A stretch of 64,000 nt of DNA from an uncultured Candidatus Binatia bacterium (GTDB taxonomy: Bacteria > Desulfobacterota > Binatia > UBA9968 > JAJDTQ01), in contig OZ251459.1 in the NCBI GenBank assembly GCA_965242525.1, forward strand, positions 3,296,001 through 3,360,000, in the 5' to 3' direction. Numbering within the stretch: position 1 is the stretch's first letter; the number at the start of each line of letters is the position of its first letter. The position numbers were made by a program, and so were the translations under genes. Below the pieces are notes generated by a model. That model saw only the letters and a list, made by a program, of their open reading frames with translations, was not told the origin of the DNA and searched no databases. Below are positions 18,140-27,503 of the stretch, piece after piece.

Positions 18140-19379
18140 TCAGGATGAGTTGCTTCCTCGCTACTTGGCGCCGGTCGTCCAGGCCGCCCTTGCAGACACG
18201 CCCGTGGTCTGCCTGATCGGTCCGCGTCAGAGCGGCAAGACCACGCTTGCGCGGCAGCTTGCGCCGGACCGGGTGTTCGTGAGTCTCGACGACCCCCGCT
18301 ACCATCGAACGGCGAGCACGGACCCTGCCGGCTTCGTCGCCGGCCTGCCGGACGAAGCGACCCTGGACGAGGTGCAGCGCGTGCCGGAGCTGCTCCCCGC
18401 CCTCAAGCTCGCCGTGGATGGAAACCGCCGTCCCGGACGCTTTCTCCTCACCGGTTCGGCCAACCTGCTGTTGTTGCCGAGGGTCACCGAGTCATTGGCC
18501 GGGCGTATGGAGGTCGCGCGCCTGCATCCGTTGACCGAAGCGGAGAAGATGCGAAGTCCCGGCCGTTTCGTCAGCGCCCTGTTGGCGGGAACGCTTCGGC
18601 CAGCCATGGAACCGTTGCCGCACCACAGCGGGCCAACGCTGCCGGAGCGGCTGGTGGCGGGCGGCTATCCCGAGCCGTTGACCCGACCGCCGGCCCGCGC
18701 CCGGCAATGGCATCGACAGTACCTGCGCACCATCGTCGAGCGCGATCTGGGGAGCGTGGCGCGGGTCCGGGACGCCGATGAGGTGGCCCGGTTGCTGGAG
18801 TTGCTGGCCTTGCGCAGTGCGCAACTCCTGAACGTCAGCGGATGGGCCAACGAGCTCGGTCTGCACCGGGAGACCGTGGAACACCACCTCGCCGTGCTCG
18901 AAAGGCTGTTCCTCGTGCGTCGGCTGCGTCCCTGGCATCGCAACACGGCCAAACGCCTCGTCAAGTCACCGAAGGTGCATCTGCTGGACACCGGCTTGGC
19001 CGCGACGCTTGCCGACCTGACGGCCGGAGACTGGCTCCATGCCCGGCACCGCATGGGCTTCCTGCTGGAGTCTTTCGTGGTTCAGCAACTCATGGCCCAG
19101 GCAGCCTGGACCGACCCCGACCTCCGCTTCTGGCATTACCGGGACAAGGACCAAGTGGAAGTTGACGTGGTGATGACCCGGGGCCGGGCGGTCTGGGGCA
19201 TCGAGGTCAAGTCGGGGATGTCCCCGGGGCCGGGCGACGGCAAGGGACTCGCACGGCTCGCCGCCCTCTGCGGCAAGGACTTCCGCCAGGGCATCCTGTT
19301 CCATACGGGTGAAGCCCTGCTGCCCATGGCCGACGAACGTATGCTCGCGGCGCCGTTGCGGGTGTTGTGGGAGTGGTAG
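18132..19379 (+). CDS. AAA_14 + DUF4143 ATPase with C-terminal PD-(D/E)XK-like domain
   Basis: GPRQSGKTT, LDEVQ, FLLTGS, SLAGR, GGYPE, KRLVKSPK, DTGL, EVDVV..GIEVK. Confidence 0.92.
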   Translation: MAVQDELLPRYLAPVVQAALADTPVVCLIGPRQSGKTTLARQLAPDRVFVSLDDPRYHRTASTDPAGFVAGLPDEATLDEVQRVPELLPALKLAVDGNRRPGRFLLTGSANLLLLPRVTESLAGRMEVARLHPLTEAEKMRSPGRFVSALLAGTLRPAMEPLPHHSGPTLPERLVAGGYPEPLTRPPARARQWHRQYLRTIVERDLGSVARVRDADEVARLLELLALRSAQLLNVSGWANELGLHRETVEHHLAVLERLFLVRRLRPWHRNTAKRLVKSPKVHLLDTGLAATLADLTAGDWLHARHRMGFLLESFVVQQLMAQAAWTDPDLRFWHYRDKDQVEVDVVMTRGRAVWGIEVKSGMSPGPGDGKGLARLAALCGKDFRQGILFHTGEALLPMADERMLAAPLRVLWEW

Positions 19380-19460
19380 GCATGTATGGAAAGCGCTCGT
19401 CCTCATGCCTTGCGAAGAAATCGGAAACGTCTTCAGTTCCGATGGCGAAAGTTGCGTGGC

Positions 19461-20636
19461 TCACAAATGCTCGCGCATCCGAAAGCCGTTGACGGCGAGC
19501 ATGTCCTTGGCCACCGGGAAGCTGTCGCCGGTTCGGCACAGTACCATCGCCGGTAGCCGGGCCGCCCGCAGCAGCGGTTGGACCGCCAGGAGCTGCTGGA
19601 AGTCCTTTCGGCTTGGCAGCTCTTTCCATTTCGCTTCCGCCAGTGTCAACCGGCCATCTTTCTCGATGACGAAATCGACTTCCCGGGACTGGTCCCGGTA
19701 GAACCACAACGAGGCTTCGGGCGCGGTGGCCGACAGGTACTTGCGCAACTCCCCGAACACGAACGTCTCCCAGATGGCGCCGATGAGGTAGCTGTCCACG
19801 ACCGAGGCCCGGTTCAGCCCCAGCAGGAAGCACAGGACCCCGACGTCGTTGAAATAGAGCTTGGGGGTCTTGGCGAGACGCTTGCCGACGTTGGCGAAAT
19901 ACGGCTCGATCAACGTGACCTGGTTGGACGCCTGGAGAACGCTCAACCACTCCGCGGCGGTCTTGTTGCTGATCCCCACTTCCTTGGACAACTCGGTCCG
20001 GTTGAGGAGCTGTCCGACCCGCACCGCGCTCGCGCGCATGAACCGGTCGAAGTCCCTGAGCGAGGAAACGTTCAGGAGTTGCCGGACGTCGCGCTCCAGG
20101 TAGGTGGCCTGGTAGCTGCTGAAGTAGTCGGCCGGTCTCAGGTCGGGGTCCTTCCAAAGCTGGGGCATGAAGCCCCGGACCAGGATCTCGGCGATGCCTT
20201 CGCGCCGCTCGCGGTCATGGAACGTGTCGCCGAGTTCTTCGATGGACAGACCTTCGAGCTCCAATACCCCGCAACGGCCCGCCAGCGAATCCGACACCTC
20301 CTTCATGAGGCCGAACTTCTGCGAGCCGGTGAGGATGAACTGCCCGTTCACCTCCCGGTTGCCGTCGATCGCGACCTTGAGATAGCGAAAGAGCCCGGGA
20401 GCGTATTGTACTTCGTCCACCAGGAGCGGCGGAGGGTGCCGCAGGAGGAACGACCGCGGGTCTTCCTCGGCAAGCTGCGCTTGCGCGGGAAGGTCCAGGC
20501 TCACGTAGTGATGACCGGGAAACAACCGGGTGAGCAGGGTGGTCTTGCCGGTCTGGCGGGCGCCCGTGACCACAACCGCGGGAAAGTGAGCGGCCAAGCG
20601 CAAGACCGCGTTGGAAAGCTCTCTCCGGAACTCCAC
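19461..20636 (-). CDS. Second AAA_14 + DUF4143 ATPase, convergent with the first
   Basis: GARQTGKTT, VDEVQY, FILTGSQ, SLAGR, YLERDVR, KTPKLYF, EVDFVI..AEAK. Confidence 0.92.
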   Translation of the reverse strand: MEFRRELSNAVLRLAAHFPAVVVTGARQTGKTTLLTRLFPGHHYVSLDLPAQAQLAEEDPRSFLLRHPPPLLVDEVQYAPGLFRYLKVAIDGNREVNGQFILTGSQKFGLMKEVSDSLAGRCGVLELEGLSIEELGDTFHDRERREGIAEILVRGFMPQLWKDPDLRPADYFSSYQATYLERDVRQLLNVSSLRDFDRFMRASAVRVGQLLNRTELSKEVGISNKTAAEWLSVLQASNQVTLIEPYFANVGKRLAKTPKLYFNDVGVLCFLLGLNRASVVDSYLIGAIWETFVFGELRKYLSATAPEASLWFYRDQSREVDFVIEKDGRLTLAEAKWKELPSRKDFQQLLAVQPLLRAARLPAMVLCRTGDSFPVAKDMLAVNGFRMREHL

Positions 20637-20738
20637 GGCGGATACTCCGACAATTCAGGAAGTCGAATCTCAGATTTACTGGACTAAGGATAACAGAATT
20701 GCCGAGCGAAATGCAATGCCCCGCCCGCTCCCGGGGCC

Positions 20739-22208
20739 TCACCGACCGCCCGTGAGTCTCCGGTCCACGCGCCACATGGCCACGCAATCGTCTTCGTTGT
20801 AGCGGATCGCCTTTTCGGCCATGGCGCGGTTGCCGGTGTCGAGGTAGTCCCAGTAGCACACCAGCGAATCGTAGGCGCCGAACCCGCTCTGGCGCCAGTG
20901 GAATCCCAGGGCGGGGGCCACGCTCTTGAGGGAGAAACTCGGCGCCGGCAGGTACACGGCGTCCTGGATGCATTGCTTGAGATCCACGCAGGAGCCCGCC
21001 AGCCGCCTCAACCGCCCCGCCAGCTTCGGCCAGCGGCGCATGACCGCCTCCATCTGCCGGACCTCGTAGCCGGTCCAGTGGTAGAGCCGCGTCGCTTCGA
21101 GGTCGTCGCCCACGTAGTCCAGGAAGGCTTCGAAGATGTGCGGCTCGTCCTCGGCCCCGCGGGCGAGGAAGCTGGCGAACCGCTCCCTGGCGCCGTCCCA
21201 GCACCCGATGAGATATACGTGGGGCGGCACCGCGGGATGCACGTCGTCGGAAGTCTCGAAGTCGAAATAGAGCAGCCGCTCGGCGCGGGGGATGCGCAGC
21301 TTGCGGCCCGCCTTGGGCACGGGGTTTCCGGTGCGGTAGCTCCGGGCCGCTTGGTAGGCCGCGGGGCCGTGGCGGGGGCCCAGGATCTCGTCGACCTCTT
21401 CCGGGGAGCGGCGCCACACCTGGTCCACCCGGTGGATGCCCGCGGCCCTGAGCTTGGCGCGCTCGGGCGCGCGCACGCCCGCCAGCAGCACCAAGTCCCG
21501 CCGTTCATGCACCAGCCTTTCGCCGTATGCGCGCCAGGGGGAGTCGGTGACGTTGGGCGGCCGCCCCGGCTCGGGCATTGCCGCGCCGTCCAGCAACTCG
21601 GCCCAGCGCGAGACCACGCGGTCGAGTTCGTCCGCCAGGCCCGAGACGTCCACGCGGCAAACCTCGTCCCTCAGCGCAACGCTCACCTCGCCCGGCGTAT
21701 ATCCCTGGACGGCCCCCAACGCGCGGTTGTAGAGGGCCGCCTGGAGCACGAAGGGGGTGCGGACCTTGCGCGCCCGCTTTATCTCGATGACGCGGTAGTG
21801 GTACGGGCCCAGGTCCGAGCCGCCGCTGTCGTCACGCACCAGCAGGTCGCCCCTGCCGTACACGTCGCGGCCCAGGTCCCATAGCTGTGGCTGGTGGATG
21901 GCCGGAACCCCCGCCAGCATGGCCTCCAGCGTCCCGGCGAGGGCGTCGTAGCCGAAGTCCGGCTTGACCGCCAGGGCCTCCGGGTAGTGGGCCGCGACCC
22001 AAGCGTCCTCGTGCTCCAAGCCCCGGCGGTAGCGCATGAGGTCGTAGGGGCCGGTCTCGTCCACCGCCTCGCTCCGGGGCGCATGGTAATGGCACCAGAC
22101 CCAGAACGGGTCGGTCAGGACCTTGCCCACCAGCGACGGCCGCAAGCGCGGCCGTGCGCGCACCCGTTCCCCCGCGGTGGCGCGGTCGAGCAACGCGCGC
22201 AGCCGCAC
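20739..22208 (-). CDS. TM0106-family RecB-like nuclease with C-terminal RNase H-like domain
   Basis: GRGDLL..Y.VIEIK..LQAALY (RecB motif), YFDFET, LYHW..YE, SFSLKSVAPALGFHW, YNEDDC. Probable start is GTG 22208; the rest of the 1014-aa ORF overlaps another gene. Confidence 0.85.
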   Translation of the reverse strand: MRLRALLDRATAGERVRARPRLRPSLVGKVLTDPFWVWCHYHAPRSEAVDETGPYDLMRYRRGLEHEDAWVAAHYPEALAVKPDFGYDALAGTLEAMLAGVPAIHQPQLWDLGRDVYGRGDLLVRDDSGGSDLGPYHYRVIEIKRARKVRTPFVLQAALYNRALGAVQGYTPGEVSVALRDEVCRVDVSGLADELDRVVSRWAELLDGAAMPEPGRPPNVTDSPWRAYGERLVHERRDLVLLAGVRAPERAKLRAAGIHRVDQVWRRSPEEVDEILGPRHGPAAYQAARSYRTGNPVPKAGRKLRIPRAERLLYFDFETSDDVHPAVPPHVYLIGCWDGARERFASFLARGAEDEPHIFEAFLDYVGDDLEATRLYHWTGYEVRQMEAVMRRWPKLAGRLRRLAGSCVDLKQCIQDAVYLPAPSFSLKSVAPALGFHWRQSGFGAYDSLVCYWDYLDTGNRAMAEKAIRYNEDDCVAMWRVDRRLTGGR

Positions 22209-22231
22209 CGCGTCCCCGCGAATGGGCAGCG

Positions 22232-23677
22232 TCAGTTGAATGCCGGCTTCTCCCTGGGGTAGTGCGCTTCCATGGCGGGACGGTAACGCTCCATGATGCT
22301 GCGGTTGAGCTCCAGCGGCGGCTGCTGGTCCTCGGGCAGGAGCGGGCGGTATTCCACGTCTCCCACCTCCTCTTTGAAAGTCTCCTGGGCCCGGGCCACG
22401 AGGCCGGGGTCCGTCAGCAGGTCGATGGCCGACGCGGCCAGGGTCTTGGCTCCGACGACGGCCCCCTTGTGGGCGATGGACGTGGCCAGGGAAATGCCCG
22501 CGGCCCAGTGGTGGTAGGAGATGCCCGGTATGTTGGAGGGGAAGTTGACCACCCCGGACGGCACCACCCAACAGACCTCGCCGGAGTCGTTGGCGGACAC
22601 GGACTGCACGGCCTCCCGAAGCGGCGCCACCCGGTCGGGCATCCCGGTGGCCTTGACGTTGACCTTGGCCTGGACCTCGGTCACGAGCTTCTGCTCCGCG
22701 TCGGTCCAGCGGGGCATGCCCACCGCCTCGATGTTCTTCTGGATCACCTCGGCCAGGGTGCGGTTGCACCGGGTGGGCCAAACCGCGCTCAGCACGTTCA
22801 CCGAGTGGGAGGTCCCGGTCATGATCGCGGCGCCTTCGGCGACCCTCCTGGCTTTCTCGAACAGCGCCCGGGTCTTGTCCGCGGTGGCTTCCCGGAAGAA
22901 CCACCAGATGGACGCGGTGTTGGGGATCACGTTGGGCTGGTCGCCGCCGTTGCTGATGACCCGGTGGCTGCGCTGGGAGGGCTCCAGGTGCTCCCGCAGC
23001 TTGTCCCAGCCCACGTCCATCAGCACCGCGGCGTCCAGCGCGTCCCGGGCGTTCCAGGGCGCGGTGGCCGCGTGGGCGCTCTCGCCCTTGAAGGTGAACT
23101 CCGCGGACACCAGCGAGTACTGCCGCAGGCCGTGCACCGTGCCCAGGTTGTGCCCGATGTGGTCGTGCAGGGCCACGTCCACGCCCTCGAAGTAGCCGTC
23201 CCGCACGAAGAAGGGACGGCTCACGAGTTGCTCCTCCGCGGGCGCGCCGTAAACCCGGAGGGTCCCCTGTATGCCGAACTGCTCCATGGCCTTGCGGATG
23301 GCCACGGCTGCGCCGATCATCACCGCGGCGTTGACGTTGTGCCCCTCCGTGTGTCCGGGCGCGCCTTCCACGATGGCCTTCTGCTCTGCCACCCCCGGCA
23401 TCTGCGAACTGGAAGGCGTGGCGTCGAACTCCGTGTGCAGCGCCACCACGGGCTTGCCCGACCCGTAAGCGGCCATGAAGGCCGTGGGCATTCCCGAGAT
23501 GTTCCGCCGGACCTCGAAGCCCGCCTGCTCCAGGATCTCGACCATGAGGCCGCTGGTGCGGAACTCCTGCATCCCCAGCTCGGCGAAGTAGAAGATGTTG
23601 TCCCCGAGCAGGGCGATGTTGTCGCGGTTCTCTTCCACCGCGTCCATGGCGAACTGCTTCTGCTTCGAATCCTGCAT
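22232..23677 (-). CDS. M20 amidohydrolase (AbgB-like)
   Basis: ELGMQEF, EFDA, PGHTEGHN, PAEE, AHAATAPW, GGDQPNVIP. Confidence 0.88.
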   Translation of the reverse strand: MQDSKQKQFAMDAVEENRDNIALLGDNIFYFAELGMQEFRTSGLMVEILEQAGFEVRRNISGMPTAFMAAYGSGKPVVALHTEFDATPSSSQMPGVAEQKAIVEGAPGHTEGHNVNAAVMIGAAVAIRKAMEQFGIQGTLRVYGAPAEEQLVSRPFFVRDGYFEGVDVALHDHIGHNLGTVHGLRQYSLVSAEFTFKGESAHAATAPWNARDALDAAVLMDVGWDKLREHLEPSQRSHRVISNGGDQPNVIPNTASIWWFFREATADKTRALFEKARRVAEGAAIMTGTSHSVNVLSAVWPTRCNRTLAEVIQKNIEAVGMPRWTDAEQKLVTEVQAKVNVKATGMPDRVAPLREAVQSVSANDSGEVCWVVPSGVVNFPSNIPGISYHHWAAGISLATSIAHKGAVVGAKTLAASAIDLLTDPGLVARAQETFKEEVGDVEYRPLLPEDQQPPLELNRSIMERYRPAMEAHYPREKPAFN

Positions 23678-23909
23678 GGCTCCCCCCGTGAGCGCGGGCC
23701 GACCGCCTGGCGGCGCCCCGCGATCCTGCTATGACACGGCCGATCCTATTACAACGAAGGCAATGAGTCGAGGGGAGGCGCAAGCGCCTTTTTTTCGCTA
23801 CCTTTATCCTCCTGGAACAGGGAATAAATCAGAGGCTCCGTCCTATGGTCCGCTGACGCCAAGGCGTGGTAGAGTCCACGGATCAACCACGAACGGGAGG
23901 GGCGTTGCC

Positions 23910-25232
23910 ATGGCCAAGACACTGAAGAAGGGCGAATCCTGGGAACCGCCGGCCAGTCTGTCGAAGGACGAACTGGTGAAGATCTCGGACGAGATACTCG
24001 CGGAGCCCGACATTCCCTTCGCCGAGACCGAGGACGTCTTCCGCATCCACGCCAACGGCATGGACTGGGACATCGGCTGCATGGTCTATGAGCCCACGGA
24101 TCCGGCCAGGGCCGCGGTCGGGCCGGACGGCAACAAGCTCGGCATCTTCATGACCCACGGGGGGGCCAGCGACTGGCGCTCCATCGAGCGGCTGGCGCAG
24201 ACCTTTGCCGGAAAGCGCGGCTACAAGGTGTGCAGCATGACCTACCCCGGCCGCCTCTACCTCCCGGACCCAAGCCGCGACTGGCCCGGCGACACCTTCC
24301 ACGACGACGGCGGCGTGCGCACGCCCATCTGGCTGGACGGAGAATATATCTCGCGGGACGAGTACGACGTGGCGCCGGACGACTCGTTCCGGGATATCTA
24401 CGGCTCCCGGACCTACGCCAGAGCCAGGAAGGGCAGCAACTTCTACTATCGGATGGCGGCTTGGCCGGTGGCGTTCGAGGAAGGCATGCTGGACGTCTGC
24501 CGCCGGCATCTGCCCGTGGGCGAGTACTCGGTGTTCACCCACGGCCATTCCACGGGCGGCCCCTTCAGCCACTACCTGCTACAGCGCATCGAGAACGCCA
24601 AGGGGCTCATCGGCATCGAGAACTCGCCCTTCGCGTTCATCTTCCGCAAGATGAGCGGCCACGACTGGCCCACCACCTTCGACCACGTGCTCATCCGGAC
24701 TTGGCGCGAGCTCGCCCGCTACAAGGGCGCGGAGGCGGCCATGCAGGAAGGGGAGAAGCCGCTCTTCCGGTTGGCGTGGCTGATGGAAGAGATATTCGAC
24801 ATGTGGCAACAGGCCAAGCGCTTCCCCCAGTTCAAGGCCGAGAACTGGCTGCACAGCGACAGCCGCCCGTGCCTCACCGAGGCGGCCAGGGTCACGGCCG
24901 AGCGCCTGAAAATGAACGCCGAGGAGACCCAGGCCCTGATCCACCGCTACCTGGGCTACGGAAGACCGCGCCAGGACCCGGATGCCAAGCCGGTGCCGCC
25001 GCTCCTCTACGGCATCAACCGGTTCAGCCGGGACCACACGCCCGAGAAGTACAACCGGATCGTCAAGGCCGAGTACGCGGCCATGGACCCGGCTCCGAAG
25101 GTACGGGTCGTCGAGATCGGCACAGGCATCCACTCCTACTGGAAGACCGAGGACGGACTGCCCCTGGGCGTCTGCCCGGTGATCGCCAAGGTCTGGCACG
25201 ACGCCGTCATGAACGGGTACTACGAGGCGTGA
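23910..25232 (+). CDS. Conserved hypothetical protein, probable alpha/beta hydrolase
   Basis: THGG oxyanion-like motif, GHSTGG nucleophile elbow, late His (GIHS); typical codon usage and RBS GGGAGG. Confidence 0.65.
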   Translation: MAKTLKKGESWEPPASLSKDELVKISDEILAEPDIPFAETEDVFRIHANGMDWDIGCMVYEPTDPARAAVGPDGNKLGIFMTHGGASDWRSIERLAQTFAGKRGYKVCSMTYPGRLYLPDPSRDWPGDTFHDDGGVRTPIWLDGEYISRDEYDVAPDDSFRDIYGSRTYARARKGSNFYYRMAAWPVAFEEGMLDVCRRHLPVGEYSVFTHGHSTGGPFSHYLLQRIENAKGLIGIENSPFAFIFRKMSGHDWPTTFDHVLIRTWRELARYKGAEAAMQEGEKPLFRLAWLMEEIFDMWQQAKRFPQFKAENWLHSDSRPCLTEAARVTAERLKMNAEETQALIHRYLGYGRPRQDPDAKPVPPLLYGINRFSRDHTPEKYNRIVKAEYAAMDPAPKVRVVEIGTGIHSYWKTEDGLPLGVCPVIAKVWHDAVMNGYYEA

Positions 25233-25260
25233 GGCCGCGCCGAACCCGCACTTCCCTGCG

Positions 25261-25911
25261 CTAATACTCCACGGGCAGGGCGTCGAGGCTGCGCCAGAGA
25301 TACCACGAGGCCACCGACCGCCACGGCCGCCAGGGCTCTGCGATGGCGAACATCTCGTCGGGGGTCGGGCGCACGCCGCGGTTGAAGTGGATGCCCATGG
25401 CCCGCTGGATGCCCAGGTCCGCCACGGGCAGCACGTCGGGCCGCAACAGGTGGAAGATCAGGAACATCTCCGCGGTCCAACGGCCGATCCCCTTTACCTG
25501 CACGAGGCTTCGGATCACCGCCTCGTCGTCCATCCCACGCCACGACTCCGGGTCGAGGTCGCCGTTGCCGAAGCTCTCCGCCAGACTCAGCAGGTAGCGC
25601 GCCTTGGGCCGGGACAGGCCGCATCCCCGCAAGTCGTCCTCGGTCTCGCGGGCCACCGCGACGGGAGTCACGGCGCCCACGCGCGCCGTCAGCTTCCGCC
25701 ACACCGCTTCCGCGGCGTGGACAGAGATCTGCTGGGCCACGATGGACCGGGCGAGGGAGAAGAAGGGATCGTTCCGAGGCCGCAGGACGGACCCTCCGGC
25801 AGCCCGGATCAGCCTGCGGAGCACCGGGTCGGCCCGCTCCAGGGCCCGGCGGGCCCTGGCCCAATGGGGGACCCCCTCCGGGTTCGTTTCGTTCATGCGT
25901 CTGGAAGCCAT
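25261..25911 (-). CDS. DNA-3-methyladenine glycosylase II (AlkA-like, HhH-GPD)
   Basis: SIVAQQIS, GLSRPK, VKGIGRWTAEM, RPDVLPVADLG, WRPWRS. Confidence 0.88.
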   Translation of the reverse strand: MASRRMNETNPEGVPHWARARRALERADPVLRRLIRAAGGSVLRPRNDPFFSLARSIVAQQISVHAAEAVWRKLTARVGAVTPVAVARETEDDLRGCGLSRPKARYLLSLAESFGNGDLDPESWRGMDDEAVIRSLVQVKGIGRWTAEMFLIFHLLRPDVLPVADLGIQRAMGIHFNRGVRPTPDEMFAIAEPWRPWRSVASWYLWRSLDALPVEY

Positions 25912-26014
25912 GGGCACCGGGTCGCGCCGCGGCCGAGAGCACGCCCGCGGCCCGTCTTCATACCAGCCCGCCTTCCGATACGACAAGAACGACAAAAGGC
26001 CGCGGGCGCGACCC

Positions 26015-27148
26015 TCATCCCTCCGCGGCACCGACCCGGATCCGGGCGCCCGTGTCCGCGGACCGGGCGATGGCGTGGATGACGCGCTCGAACCGCAGCG
26101 CCGCGGCGAAATCGGGGGCGGCCGGCGCGCCGGCCGCAATCGCCTTCAGGAAGTTGGCCGCCTCGATGGTCTTCAGGTCGTTGAAGCCCAGTCCGTGGCC
26201 GGGGGCCGGGCAGAAGCTGCCGAACGGCTCGTGCTCCGGTCCCATGAGTATGGTCCTGAAACCGCGGTCACCCTCGGGTCCGTCGTTGCGGTAGAGCCGG
26301 AGCTCGTTCATGCGCTCCTGGTCCTGGAGCAGCATACCGGCGTCCCCGTGGAGCTCCCACGCCAGGTGGTTCTTTCGCCCCCACGCCGCGCGCGACGACG
26401 AGACCACCCCGGTCACGCCGCTCTCGAACGAGACCAGTGCGGACGCCGCGTCCTCGTTCTCCACCGCCCGGCGGCCCCCGTGGTCCCCGGCGGGTCGGGT
26501 GGCGTAATGGATCCGGCAGTCGGCAAGGACGCTGTCGATGGGGCCCAGCAAGCCGTCCGCCATGCTCACCAGATGGCACATCAGGTCCCCGAGGGCCCCG
26601 AGGCCGGCCTCGGCCCTGGCCGACCGCCATGTCCACGGCAGGTTCGGGTCGGCCTGGTAGTCCTCGTCGTACACGCCGCGAAAGAACAGCGGTCGTCCGA
26701 TGGCCCCGGACCGGGCCAGCGCCCGCGCGTGCCGGAACAGGGGGTTGCACAGGTAACTGTAGCCGACGATGGTCCTGCCCTCGGCCTTGGCCGCGGCCGC
26801 GGCCATGCGCTCGGCCTCGTCCAGCGTCAAGGCCAGCGGCTTCTCGCAATGGACGTGCTTGCCCGCCTCCAGCGCGGCCAGCGCCATCTCGCAGTGGAGC
26901 CGGTTCGGCGTGGTGATGGAGACCAGGTGGACGTCGGGGTCGTCCACCACCGCGCGCCAGTCGTCGGTGGCCCTCTCGAAACCGCATTGCGCGGCATGGC
27001 GCTCGGCCGCGTCCGCCCGGCGGTCGCAGACCAGGACCAGGCGCAGCGTCAGCGGGGGGTCGAACACCGCGCCGACGGCGCGGTAGGCCAGGGTGTGGCA
27101 CTTGCCCATGAAGCCCGTGCCGATGAGGCCGACACCGATGGTCCGCAT
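26015..27148 (-). CDS. Gfo/Idh/MocA oxidoreductase (inositol-associated)
   Basis: GTGFMGKCH, HCEKPL, GALGDLMCH, PAPGHGLGFNDLK; divergent from the iol cluster. Confidence 0.88.
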   Translation of the reverse strand: MRTIGVGLIGTGFMGKCHTLAYRAVGAVFDPPLTLRLVLVCDRRADAAERHAAQCGFERATDDWRAVVDDPDVHLVSITTPNRLHCEMALAALEAGKHVHCEKPLALTLDEAERMAAAAAKAEGRTIVGYSYLCNPLFRHARALARSGAIGRPLFFRGVYDEDYQADPNLPWTWRSARAEAGLGALGDLMCHLVSMADGLLGPIDSVLADCRIHYATRPAGDHGGRRAVENEDAASALVSFESGVTGVVSSSRAAWGRKNHLAWELHGDAGMLLQDQERMNELRLYRNDGPEGDRGFRTILMGPEHEPFGSFCPAPGHGLGFNDLKTIEAANFLKAIAAGAPAAPDFAAALRFERVIHAIARSADTGARIRVGAAEG

Positions 27149-27176
27149 GGCTTTCCTCCGGCGCACGGATGATTCC

Positions 27177-27286
27177 GGAACCCCCGATCCATCGGGACGG
27201 GGGGCAGGAGCGCGTCCTCCGACTCCGCTTCGCTACGCCCAAGACGAACCGGATGGGAGGGTGCGCCCCGATCGTTCGGAGGTTCC
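27177..27286. mobile_element. Family-1 MITE, degenerate
   Basis: GGAACCCCCGA...TCGGAGGTTCC with REP core; TTCC duplicated on both flanks. Confidence 0.7.
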
Positions 27287-27503
27287 TTCCTCCATTCTAA
27301 TGGAACGCCGCGGGTTGCCCAAGCCGGGGAACGTCCCGCGTCGTTCCGAACCGTGTCCGCCGGGGACGATTTTTGTATTTTCAATTCCGGCGGCAATCTC
27401 TATAATTGGGCCGTCACCGAGGCGTTCGGGACCTCGGTTCCAGCCGCCCGCCGGGGGACCGCCCCGCGGGCATGCGCGCATGGCGCGGGAAGGGAGGAAC
27501 ACC

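Noticed and set aside
20739-23783. 1014-aa fusion protein from the ORF track
   Set aside because: The N-terminal half is an off-frame overlap with the M20 amidohydrolase; the nuclease probably starts at 22208.
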